Origin: Schmidtea nova
Taxonomy: Eukaryota
Length of the DNA: 64,000 bases
Reading direction: 5' to 3'
Assembly (NCBI GenBank): GCA_044892505.1
Contig: CM097883.1
Location: forward strand, 388,368,001 to 388,432,000
The notes under the pieces are model-generated. The model made no database searches and was not told the origin of the DNA. It was given only the letters and a program-made list of their open reading frames with translations. The translations under genes and the position numbers were made by a program. This document shows positions 1 through 12,494 of the stretch, piece by piece. Position 1 is the stretch's first letter. Every line of letters starts with the position of its first letter.

Positions 1-182
1 TATTAGAACTACATTCCCCCCTTTTTAGAGCACAAAAATCCTTCCTTGAAATATAATAATAAATTATAGAAGAGAAGTATAGCTTATACAAGCTATTTTT
101 AAACAATGCTTATCATATTTTTCCGACGCCAATTACATTTTTTATAAAAATGGTCAGTATCGGTCTGCGGTGACAAATTCTT

Positions 183-1639
183 TTAATCCAAAAGGTCCAC
201 GCCTACAAAAAGGTTGAAGAGCACTGATCTATAGTAACAATTTAAAGTATATATATCTTCATATTCATCTTGGATCATTGTAACTACATTTTCAATGTTA
301 TATGTAATTTTACTGCTTTTGGTCATTGGCACATCAATTTTAAAATTTAGTAAGTTCAAGCAAACAGCGCATTCCGCAATAGTAATGAACTTACAGGGTA
401 TAATTTCATTGACAACTATGAATGAATGACAAGTAAATGTTTTAAGATTAGGTATTATTGAAATAAATTGATTAAAAACGTCATCTAAACTTTGATCGTC
501 CTTCACTAAAAATAGTTGGCTCGTAATTTAGCAATTACTAAAATAATAAAAATTTTCATTCATCTCATTATAGCATATTTTATTCTCGACATTTTTTTCA
601 ATTTCTTAAATACCTTCAACAACATATTCCAAAGAACTATCAACACCTTTAAATTCAACAACTGTATCCTCCAACAAAGACTCATTTTCAATACTTAACT
701 AATTTAAATTACTATTATTAATAATTGATTTACTTTCTTGACCATACCGAAACTCATTACCTAAACAAGCATTTATTTGCATATTAAAAGGTTTTAAAAA
801 ACTTGAATCATTAAAAGCATTTTTATTACTGTCACACATTTTCATATTTGTACCATTACATTTAGATCTAAAATTACAATGTTTAATTTTTTGTTTAAAA
901 CATCGATTATTATTATTTATTGATGTATTATAATCAGCCATTTTTAATTCAACCTTTAAGGTTTTATGCATTAAGTCATATATGTCATAATCAATTACAC
1001 AAGATGCTATTTCTAACTCATCATTAATACCCACCAAAAACTGATCAATAATAAGAATTTGAACATTTACATAATAAACTGAAGTAGATCTAAATGTATT
1101 TTTTTGCTAAAGAAATTAAAGCATACCCAAAGTCAATAACTGATTCATCATATCTTTGATTTCTTTTATAAAAGTTACTCTTTATAATACTGTTAACTTC
1201 TTTACATACTAACTTATGTTCCATAGCATCATTTAATATCTTCCAATCATTTCCGATTCTCATTTATATCAATCTGTTACCATGGTCTTCTGGTCACTCC
1301 TTTTATATACAGTGCCAGTTTTTGTACCATTATCGCTTGGCTCCATCCATAGGCTGTGGCGTACATATAGTAGTCCTCTATAAAGTCAACAAATTTCACT
1401 GGATCGCCTCCATATTGATTTATTGGAAGTTTTTGGCAACTCGCGTAGTCATTGCCATTTCCGGTGTTGCTTGTGAACGTGGGTGTATCATCATGATCAA
1501 CTGAATTCCTCATTTGGTTTAATGCTAGTTTATGGATTCTTAATTTGTAAAATACATATCTTCTACTTTTGCTTCCGTACATTGCATTCCTATATTGATC
1601 TGTTCCGTACTGAAAGATTAAATAATAAAATAGGCCCAA
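183..1639 (-). pseudogene. Degenerate Ty3/Gypsy gag (to possible protease) remnant
   Basis: The minus-strand ORF pieces join across stops and frameshifts: YGGDPVKFVDFIEDYYMYATAYGWS..LALYIKG..W, then RNQRYDESVIDFGYALISLAK, IIDQFLVGINDEL and a decayed knuckle-like CNFRSKCNGTNMKMC. This matches the retrotransposon Gag pattern. Confidence 0.65.
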
Positions 1640-2184
1640 ATAAATTCTAAGCAGTAATAGCGAGCAATACGTTCAGGATCTCTAGCTAATAGGACCTGTA
1701 GGAACATACAATAAACTAATGAATCGAATTCATAATATTTATTAATTAACAAATTGCTTGATGATTCTGTCGACGAAATATACAATCAAGTTGTTGGTAG
1801 GACTGACGTCAAGTTTGACGGGATTCCAGATATGAACGGTTTTGTCAATGTTTCAGAAAGTGTTTGTAGATAGTGTTTTTACGTTGGAGTAAATTATCTT
1901 CGCAGTAGAACTATTTGAAACGGCATATCGAAAAGCCAATTTTGATTTACTGGTGGATATAGTTGATGATGTTTGACCAAATGAGAATCCTGTTGAAGAA
2001 ACTATTGTTTCTGGTTTCTTTTCTATCGACAGAAATAAATGTTGAACTTGTCATTTTTTGAATATCGAGAGAACGATGTCGAAAAAAGTGCTCATTAATA
2101 CAACGCCATGTAAATTCTCATTCGATAATTATTTAAAAAACTAGGCTTTATCCCGTACTAGCACGCGTAAATAGTTTGAATACT

Positions 2185-2344
2185 TAAAGCCTTGTCCCTC
2201 TATGTATGTGTCTGTAACGCTGATAATAAATCAACTTAATAAATTTATTTTAATAAATTTCAATAAATTTCAATTTTAATCTACTTACTATAGTAAGTAG
2301 ACTGTCTAATGTGGTCAGCGTTACATACACATACAGTGACAAGG

Positions 2345-2350
<6 letters not shown>
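2185..2350. repeat. Small inverted-repeat (MITE/HINE-like) element followed by (TA)n
   Basis: TAAAGCCTTGTCCCTCTATGTATGTGTCTGTAACGCTGA (2185-2223) is an imperfect inverse of TCAGCGTTACATACACATACAGTGACAAGGCTTTTA (2315-2350). There is an internal perfect palindrome at 2280-2301, and a (TA)n run follows. Confidence 0.5.
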
Positions 2351-2379
<29 letters not shown>

Positions 2380-5300
2380 ATATTAATTAATTAAAAACAA
2401 GAAATTTATAATCTAAGGCACTACATGAACTTTGTACAACCGTTTCCAATATAAAATTTTTTTTTGATTAACAAACACTGAAAATATAATTAAATTTATC
2501 TAAAATAACCCATATAATGAAACATGCTACAAATTCTGTGAGAATGCTGTTAAATTCAGTAAAATTCCACTGGAATTGTAACGTAGACCGCGCGATAGAT
2601 GGATATGAAAAAAAATCTCTCCGATTAGAGTGGAACTCGGGAGAGAACATATTCTTTTTATTTATTTTAACATTTTGTAAGGTATTTCATTCGTTCAAAA
2701 TGTACAGCTTTCAAAGGAGCCTCAAAATAAATTTTGCTTCTGGATCTAAACTTTGCAGTTACGTTGTTGTGTACTCTAGTATTCTACCGCTATTTAATAG
2801 CTACGTCAATGCTGAAAAAAGCAAATGTATTTAATCATCAATTTAAATATGTACATGTTGAGGGTAAAAAGTTAACTCTGTTGCTAAAATCTAAATTTAA
2901 GTCAATAACTTTAATCATATTTGCTAAAAAAGTGATTTTATTTTAATTTGATATACAAGTTATTGAAGTCAGTAAAATTCGAGACTTCGCCAAGAAAAGT
3001 ATTATAATAATTTTATTATAGCCTAAATAATTTTAAAACACGATTGATATGTTTAGTGACAGCTGAAATATCATGTGCTACACATAGTGCATCATAGATT
3101 CACTGTTCACGCATCTTCAAACGCATATATTTTACGAAGCAAAATGTATCATTACACAGTAAACAAATTTCGTGTAAAATTTATTAAAGATGCTTTAAAT
3201 TTGAAGCCTTGCCGCGTCAGATTTAATACCATTATTGAGAAACTTTTGTTTCCGGGAAATCATGGGAATAATATTTCTTTTTAATGAAAAATCTACAGCA
3301 AAGTAAATAAAATAAAATTTAGTTTTTCATCTGATTTGCAAGAACATTAGATAATTACAATAACAATATTTATAAACACAATTCTTAATAAATTATATAT
3401 AGAAATTATTGTATTATATATTTGTATTAATTTGATTTATTTTTGTTTTGGGTCATGACTTTTGGATATAATTTCCACCATTTTCCAATTATTTGTATTT
3501 TCCAATGTTAGACTTACATTTTTGCATCTATTTTTACAAGTGTCCCCATTTCAAGATTTTCTAAATTATCACCAATCTTGATCTCTAAAATTGATACATT
3601 TTCTATGTTTGATCATTTTAGTAAATCTGTAATCAGATTTTTATTTTGGGCGCATGTTTTTATCACAAATACCTCATGGGTGTCCTGTGAATTGAGTAAT
3701 TTACTGTGGAGATATTAGGCTAAGTCATTCAATTGGGATTTTCCCGTTTTTGAAGGACTAAGTTCGAAAGTAGTTACTGTAAATTAGCCAAAATGACCTT
3801 TAAAAAACGTATGTTGATAATAAATTTGCTTTTACAATTCAATCATCGTCGACAATTTTTTGATTGGGGTCGAAGTCTTTTTTAAAGCAAAATTTTTTTT
3901 TGTATCTCAAACCATTCATTTTTAAATATGTCCCAAAAGATTTTCCCATGTATACAATATTTTAGATTATTGAATCTTCCCAGCATATATAATGGTCGTC
4001 TTTATGTTTGAATCTTTCATTAAATTAGGATAATCTTTCTGTTAGTGTACATAATTTTTTGTTGGGTATTATTTAAACATGGTAATTTTTCTTACTATGT
4101 TTATAATTGTTCCTGATTTCTTATCATGAGAGTCATCTTTTTATGCCAATTCCTTTTTTGCAATTAAATAATGCAAAATAACATTCATTTTCTTTATAAT
4201 CACGTCGATATGAATATTTTCATCACCAATATTTTTTCTTCACTTATATCATCGCTGAATTCAATTACTTTTGAGTTATTGATGTGAATTAAATTTACCT
4301 TTAATTAATTATTTTTATACTTATTTTTACTTTTTTTTATTTTATATATTTTTGTCGACAAAAATACAAAAATAATTTTAATTCAATAATTTTTGATAAA
4401 TAAATTTACTCTTCTACAACCAAACAAATTTTGTCCTAGTCATATAATTATTAATATGAAAATTATTGACTTTGATTAATCGTTCATAATTTTTAATATT
4501 TTTAACTTAACTGTTTATGTCATATATGCGTCATTTTCAAAAGATAATATTTTGTATAATAACATGTATGTCTCATACTGAAAAAAAATCGGCATTTGCT
4601 TGAAATTTACATTTTATTCTTAGAGAATGTGAATTTACTCAGCATTTCGCAAATACGCGTCATCACATGAAATTAATTAAGCACATGGAAAGGAACTTTC
4701 AGAAAAACTAATCAGTTAAAAAATTGTTACTTAGAAACTAACCTAAATAGTTTTAAAATTGCCAAAATAACATTTCATTAGTTTTTTTAAAAATGTATAT
4801 GTAAAATCATTTTTTTCAACAAATTCAAATCAGACACAAATTTATTTATTTATATGCATCTGAAAAAAAATATAAAGAGAAAACATCGATAAATGAGGAA
4901 CGATATCACAGGTCATGCTGTTTTTCTTAGATCTTTCAAATAAATAAAACATTAATTTTAAATATATTTTACAGTGATATGGCTTTAATTTATTTCTATT
5001 ATTTTTAAAAACTACTAGGAACATATAACTTGTGAGGCTTTGATGATAAAATCATTTAACCATAAAATAAATATTTGAGAGTTTTAAAATAATATTTTAG
5101 AATTAATGAACATTTCTTTGGATTGTTGCCACCTTATTATGCTATCAGCAATAAACTTATTAATATAATCAATTTTTTGAATTTTTTAGTGTTTGATAGT
5201 CGACAGCTGATTTGTTGAAATATATTGCGAGAATATATTGTAGAAAATGTCCTTTTATTTATTGAAATAAAAATTTATTTAAATTTCGCAGTTATTTGAT

Positions 5301-6306
5301 ATTAAGGTTATTGTTATGTGACATTTTAATTATCTACTAGATTTTACAGTTGTTGTGATAATTTACTACTATTTTTTCTTATTAGGCAAAACATATGCAA
5401 ATTTTGCATTTCAATTATATTTCAATTATTACAAACATATTTTATATAATAAAAGAAATCAAGTCAAAATTCTTTACAAATAATATATAATTAATTTTCT
5501 TAGGAAATTTAATAACATTTGTTTAAAAGAATTAATTATGTAAAATGTAAATAAGTATTTGATTTTCCAAATTTTTCACAATTAACTAATTGTAATTTTA
5601 GAAGAGAGAATTTCGAAATTAGGAAAATAAACTAAAGCTTATCTGTTTTTTGTCAACTCCTTAATTCAATTTTTATTTTATTATCTAGTCAAGTGAATTT
5701 AAATATATTTTATTGGTTTTGTCTAAGTTTTCCGTATTATGATGAATGTCATTTGATGTAAATTTTCTTTCCATCAAATTAATTTTCACAAATGAAAACA
5801 CTAAAGTTTAATAGAAAATAGATGAAAATAAGCAACTAGGCGTAGACCATTTTGATATGGTGCCAATAAATATAATAGAAGTCTAAATGTTTGAGACAAG
5901 GTCTTATGAAGAAGGGGCCACACGAAATAGCTTTGAGAGTTCTGAATTAAATATTTTTAGATGTGTGTATATGTATAGTTCAAAGTGATCTCTATTTATT
6001 AGGTGATATTAATTATTCTGTGATGCTATAAATGCGACATTTGGATTACGTATTCTAAATTGAACTTATTTGAAGTCAATTAGTTGAAATTATTATTTAC
6101 AGGTAATTGATACGACTTAGTTGTAAAAGATTTTTTTTGGAAAATTAATTATTTGAACTGTATAGCTGAGATATTGTAACTTGTATTCTTTATTGTTATC
6201 TAAATTAAGTTTTAATGAAGAATATTTTTTTGATTCTCATTTAATAAAATTCTGACTGCGCTAGTGAATTTAGTTCAATAACAAAGTAGAATTGTTAGTT
6301 AAATAA

Positions 6307-7422
6307 GCCCAATAAGTAGTAAGACTCAAACTGGATGATCAAACACAACGAATTTTATTTTCCTATGACAGTCAAGTCACAGGTTTTACTTCTCAGAATA
6401 ATATCATTTTACATAGGAACATTTTTTCCAGCGGTCAGTCAAATCCAGGAAGACTATTTAGATGAAATCTGGAGATTTTTCGGTGAAAAGTTCCATCACT
6501 GCATTTCTCAAATCCTCTTTGGAAGAAACTTTCTGGCCTCTAAAGCCATTTAATGAGACTGAACATGTAAAAGTCATATTGGGCCAGATCAGTACTGTAG
6601 AGAGGACGTAGAAGTAATTCAAGTCCGCCGCTCTCAATTTTTGATATCCAAACCACACTGGTTTGAACAGGAGACCTGGCTTTTTCTTCTGATCTTTCTG
6701 CTACTTTGCACGAAGTTCGAGTAGTAGGCTCTATCAATCCTAACAACATACTCGACAAAATCAGATAAAATAATGTCATTCGAATACCAGAAGACAGACC
6801 ATCAATGACTTCCGGTGACTGGTTGATGACTTTGTTTTCTTTGAACTTGGTTCTCTTGGAAATTTTCATTCCTTGGATTCTCACATTGACTCTGGGACAT
6901 AAACTGATCGTAGAGTTTCATCCATGGTTGTTATATTGTCCAAGAAACAATCATCAAAACAATTAAAATGTCCAAATTCTCTATGTAGAGCTAAAAACAG
7001 CGATGCTGCATTTCTGCTGTTAAAAACCTTGGCACAAAACGAAAAGACAATTTCCTGATGCCATTTACAGCAAGTAAAATTTCAAGGGTACCTTTATTCA
7101 CATTCAAAAATACTTGTATTTCTCTGGATGTAATTCTTCTTTCATTTTTTAAGATTGTTTTCAGCTTTTCGGCCATTTCCACATACATTTCACAAGGTCT
7201 TTTTGGCTTGTCATTGTCGACAATAGAAGTTCTACCACTCTGGAAGTTGTTATACCAGCAATAAATTGTTGCTTGTGATGTACACTGATTTCTAAATAGG
7301 TTTTTTCACACTGTCTTTGATATTGTACACTTTCTGGAAACATTTTCTAATTTACGCCAAAAGATTTAACATAAATCACATAATTATTTATATGAGTCTC
7401 ACTACTTATATGGAGCACAACG
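6307..7422 (-). mobile_element. Degenerate mariner transposon
   Basis: Minus-strand remnants: RWYNNFQSGRTSI.., RKLSFRFVPRFLT, DNITTMDET..YVPES..SKE, RGQKVSSKEDLRNAVMELF..DRWKKC. Decayed TIRs GCCCAATAAGTAGTAAGACTCA (6307-6328) and TGAGTCTCACTACTTATATGGAGCACAACG+TA (7393-7424). Confidence 0.8.
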
Positions 7423-8527
7423 TAACACGAGTTCGTTAACATTTAAGTGATTTTTACTTGTTATTGTGACAAAAATTAATGGGTCAGCTTTGTGATTAAT
7501 TTGTATGTTTTTATATTTATGCTGTTTCTAAATTTTATTAACATCTTTATACTTGACCCGTATTCAATGTTTTGATGTAATATGCTAGACCGCGTAGCTT
7601 AAGAAATCTATTACGATGATTTTTGAAAATATTTAAATATTATCTTTATTAATAAATTTCGGTTCTGAACACAGAATCAATTTGTAAACGGAAATAACAA
7701 ATATAACTTTGATCGCCATAACAGTTTTGAAATTCCATAACAATTAAGAAAATTTTACAGTCTTTATGCATGAAGTAAAATTTTGACAGCTGTTTTTATT
7801 AGTGTTAATAGTAAGTTTTTTGACTTAAACTCTTGTTCAAGTAACGTGTAAGTAATCACTTAAATCTATTTGACACTCATTTGAAGCAATAAACCATACA
7901 TGTGTAAAGTTTTATAAATAAATTTATGTACTAATCTTTTCCAAATATACACTAACTTTATTTTAAGAGTAATCTTAAATATGAATTGCGATAGGAACAT
8001 AAAGTTCAGTGTCCTGCAACTAAGACCAATGGAAAGTCGAGAGGCTTGTAGCTATTGTAGAAAAAATTAAGTTTATACTTGAGGAATGGTATATCTGCAA
8101 CAGTCAACAAAGTATATTTATTCTTGACAATGGATAAAGCTTGGTCAATGTTGCGAATTTTGTTCGATTAGTGACCTAAAATGTTAAAATATTATGTCGT
8201 TAGCTATGAAATATTGTTTGAAGGTTCATAGAACTGTTATTGAAATTAATATATTAGCACGAATGTTGATTGTTCATTTTTGTCATTCGATCAAATACAG
8301 AAAAATCTAGTTTTTCAAGACAACTAGAATATTGAAATATTCACACTCTTAAGACTTATAGAGCAACAAGAAGCTTTTCGCTTGTCTTATTACACGGAAT
8401 ATAGTACAAATTTCATTGTACATCAATAGATTCTTTGGAAAAATATTTTTATTTTTAGATCGTTCAAAGACAAGCAATGATATGGCTATTACAAGTAGGG
8501 TATTGTCTGTTGCCTATCAGGTACTTA

Positions 8528-10314
8528 CCGGTTTTACTCGAAAATAAGACCCCTCAAAAATAAGACCCGGTCTTATTTTTGAGGGGTCTTATTTTCATTT
8601 TTTTTAATAAGAATTTTTTTATTTTCAAACATTTTTTTATTTTTTTACCTTAAAATTAAAATTTATTTTCTATGATTATAAAATAAAAGACAGTGATCAT
8701 TATTTTTCTATTAATTTTTTAAAGAATATCAAATGATTTACATGAATTAATTTTATTTAGGTAATTTTATTTATTAAATTTTATTTACAATTTTGTTAAA
8801 TTGATCTGGTATAAATAAAATTTAATTATATAATTTAATTATATAATTTATTTATAATATTTTTATATATTATGGATTTTATATTTTAATATTTATATCC
8901 CATGAAAAGAAGGTCGTACAGTACAAAAGAAAAGCTAGAAACACTCGAAATTTTAAGAAAAAACAACAACATAGGCAAAACAGCGAGGGACTGTGGAATA
9001 ACAAACAAAATGGTGCGGGATTGGAAAATGAAGGAGAATGAAATATGTGAAGTAAAAAAAAATCAACAACCTTTCGCATAGGATCCGGTAGAAAGGCGTT
9101 TTTTCCTGAGTTAGAAGAGAAGCTAAAGGTTTGGTTGGCTTTTGAGCGAAAAACAAATAAACGGCTAATTTCTTAACACACCCTGCGTGAAAAAAAATTG
9201 CAGCTTCTTTATCATTAAATGATTTCATAGGAAGTAATTGCTGGATTGAAAACTTTATGAATAAAATGAATTTTCGGTCAGAAAAATCACTATCGTTGGA
9301 CAAGAAGACAATCGCTCAATTGATGAAACTAGATCGGTTATCAATAACTATTTTGAAGTTTTAAAGTTAAAAGCAACAAATATTTCATCTATGAATATAT
9401 ATAATATGGATAAAACACCGATGTATATTGACATGATGAACTCAAGAACAATATCATTCAAAGGTGAGAAAAATACCGAAGTAAGAACAACTGGCCATCA
9501 AAAAACTCGGTTTACAGTAGTACTAGCCATTAATCTTGACGGAAAAATTATTAAAACAATGATAATATTAAAGGGATTAAAGAATATCCCCAAATGCCAT
9601 ATACCAAATAATATAACAGTTTTTACATCAAACTCGGGCACAATGGACAGTAATATTATGAAGAAATGGATAAATTTATGTTTAAAAAATAAAGGTCCGT
9701 TTAAGAATTCTGAAAAATCACTTTTGATTATGGACAATTATGGATCACATAAAGACTTGGATGTTTTAAAATTGCTGGAGAGTAACAATTTTGAATAGGA
9801 ATTTATTCCACCCCGTGCAACTTCTTATCTTCAACCGCTTGATGTGCTAATAAATGCTATTTTTAAGGCTAAAATAAAAAAAATGAGAAGAGTGGTTTAT
9901 AAATGGAGAAAAGATATATACGAAAGGTGGATATCGTCAAAGACCTTCATGGGAAAAAAATATTTTCATTTGTTTCTGAAAGTATTTTGAAAATTCAAGC
10001 TGAAAATTAAATCCTTTCGACTCTGGGTTATCTCAGAACGGTATAAATTTGAACGAGGAGTTACTAAATACTAAACTAAAAGACATATTATACTCCTCCG
10101 ATGTTGAAATAATGAATTCAATTGACACTAATGATAATGATGATATTGATTCATTATAAATTAATAATAAATAGTTTTTATTACTTAGTTTTGATTTATA
10201 AATTCATATTCATTTTTTTGTAAAAATAAGACCCCTCGAAAATAAGACCCTATATTATATAAGATCCTATATTAATAAAAAATAAGACCTGGTCTTATTT
10301 TTCAGGAAATCCGG
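8528..10314 (+). mobile_element. pogo-superfamily (POGK/Passer-like, DD35D) DNA transposon, near full length but inactivated
   Basis: TA|CCGGTTTTACTCGAAAATAAGACC...GGTCTTATTTTTCAGGAAATCCGG|TA gives ~26-bp TIRs with a TA TSD, plus repeated AAAATAAGACC subterminal motifs. The frameshifted transposase from ATG 8902 reads MKRRSYSTKEKLE.., FPELEEKL.., NMDKTP, LLIMDNYGSH..LQPLDV (35 residues between the 2nd and 3rd D). Confidence 0.9.
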
Positions 10315-12197
10315 TAGGTTTCTCAAACGGCTAAGTAAACAAGAAGATGGCAATCACATACAGACAATACAATCATAAATGTTGAAATCACCAAACATTA
10401 AATTAATAAGTACAAAATGAGAAGATATGCGTGTTATAAACCACATTGGAATCTGCTTGCGAACTCCGTTCTTTCACATCATTTGAGAAGTTAAATGTAG
10501 CAAGTCCTCTGATTAATGACATATTGTTGGTTTTAAAGCGATATATCATATAAATCTTAACCACGTAATACTTTTAACATTACAATTGACTTATGCTGAA
10601 TCTAGTTCAGGTGAAATATTCAAATTTATTCCCCTATAACAACACTAATACATAAATAGTAGTACGAAATAGATAGTACGAAATATTGAAAGGAAGGTAC
10701 CTTTAAATTTCATCATATTGCATTATGTGCTCAGAGATAACTGCAATTTCGCCTACGAGCCTACATAAGCATTCAACCAAGCAAAATTAATTTGTGATAA
10801 TTATCGTTCCTATCTGTTAAAAAAGTTTCAAATGTAATTGTTTTCAAAGTTGTTTATGGGAAAATTCAGTGTTTAAAATAAATTTGTAAATTTAACATAA
10901 TAAAATGATGAGTGAACCATTTTTATCTTGATTAAAAATATATAAACATACGTAACAACTCTAAATATTGCAACTAATAACGTTGTTGATTAACTGCTGA
11001 TTATTATAAGTAATGTATAAAATTTATAAAAATAATTTATTAATAAAATAAATAGTATTGAATAAAATTTCAATCAATGTATGTAACGCTGGAAGATGCA
11101 AGACAAATTAGATAAGCATTAGCTTTAGTTAAATAGTTGTAGCTCGAACATAGTTGTTCAATAATCTATGTTATTCAAGTTGGAGATGCTAAACATATTC
11201 TCTCTAATTATTTCCCAATAACTGCGGGGTGACGTTTTAAATGTGAAGAACCCTTATTTTATCCTTTATAATTCATTCGACTGGATCAATTTATGTCAAA
11301 CTTATAGACTATCAGCACAAAACCTAGGTGTATATGATAAATTCTGGGTTTCCATATGCACTGTCGATTTGTGACGCGAAATAATGTCCATATATTTTAG
11401 GTAACGTTTCAGGATTCTCAATGACGATTTTGTGATCATTTTGGATGATTTCAAAAGATGATTAACCCTCAAAATAAAAGTACTTTTCGAACAGACTGTT
11501 TTTGTCATATATTAATATTGCCATTAAGAGTTGTTTGAATATGAACATGAACTATAAAGAAAAAATTAATTTTAAATGCATCAGATAATTATGTATTTTA
11601 AGCAAACCTCTTTAATTTTTGACGTGTTATAACTTGTGGCGTGGACGTCATGTAATATTAATAAATAACAATAACTAGAGAAAGAACCTATTCAATAAAA
11701 GTATATACAATATGTCTATATTATGGGATAATTTATAAACAATGATATAATCTGAGGACCCTTATATTCAGCATTAATCAAGCAAATAAACAAGAATTCA
11801 TATATACGACAATTATATTGGATTATGTACCATTCTATGGGGGCCAGGGCAACCAAATATTTCAGTATAATCATCACAATATTATTAAAATCTTGGAGAT
11901 ATTTCGAAGTTGATATGTCCTGAGGAGACTATATTTCAATTTATTTTTGTTTTATATACATTAACATCTCTCGTTAAAGACATAAAATTATGAATACGAA
12001 GTGTGGCACATATAATTAAATTAACGTATGATATTGACAGTTTCATAAATATAATTGTGACGCAATTATTATTCATAAACGAATTCATTCGGCTTTTATC
12101 TTATTAAGCCGGATGGAAAACAGAATCCGGTTATATTGTAATGTATTCATCAATATTTTAAAAAATACCTTTATTCCATTTTTTAATTTGGTTTTAG

Positions 12198-12494
12198 ACT
12201 CCTTTTCTGGAATGTATCGAGTTGAAAGGAATAATGTTCACAGAAAGTACAATCCCACCGTTAAACAGAGCCCTACGTTGTGGCAGCAATTTAAAAATTC
12301 TACATTTAGAGAACTCTAATATATGCTCGAAAAATTTACTAATTCTAACTTCGGCACTCAAATTAAATATCCTCATGAGAGAACTTCATTTATCCAGCAA
12401 TCGAATGGTGCCTTCTGATGGAATTCAATTAGGATCATTGCTCAAAGTCAACAGGCATATCGAAATACTCGATGTTCGAAATAATTCACTGGGG
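12198..12494 (+). CDS. PPP1R37: LRR protein, PPP1R37/LRRC68-like; first exon visible in the window (internal exon)
   Basis: TTTTAG acceptor, phase 0. Reads TPFLECIELKGIMFTESTIPPLNRALRCGSNLKILHLEN..MRELHLSSN..QLGSLLKVNRHIEILDVRNNSLG, then a GTAATA donor. RNI-like LRRs recalled as matching PPP1R37 (..LHLEN..LKMN..LRELYLADN..QLGNLLKFN..LDLRNN). Confidence 0.8.

Noticed and set aside
3440-4260. Protein-like minus-strand stretches with stops (similar ones at 22380-22830, 33420-34130, 37440-37780, 39290-39670)
   Set aside because: No diagnostic motifs could be identified by eye. They are probably old TE debris and need BLASTx.
8360-10380. A stop-free frame of about 75 codons appears if the pogo element is removed
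   Set aside because: No recognisable homology or consistent splice phase with the LRR gene. It may be chance or an older TE.
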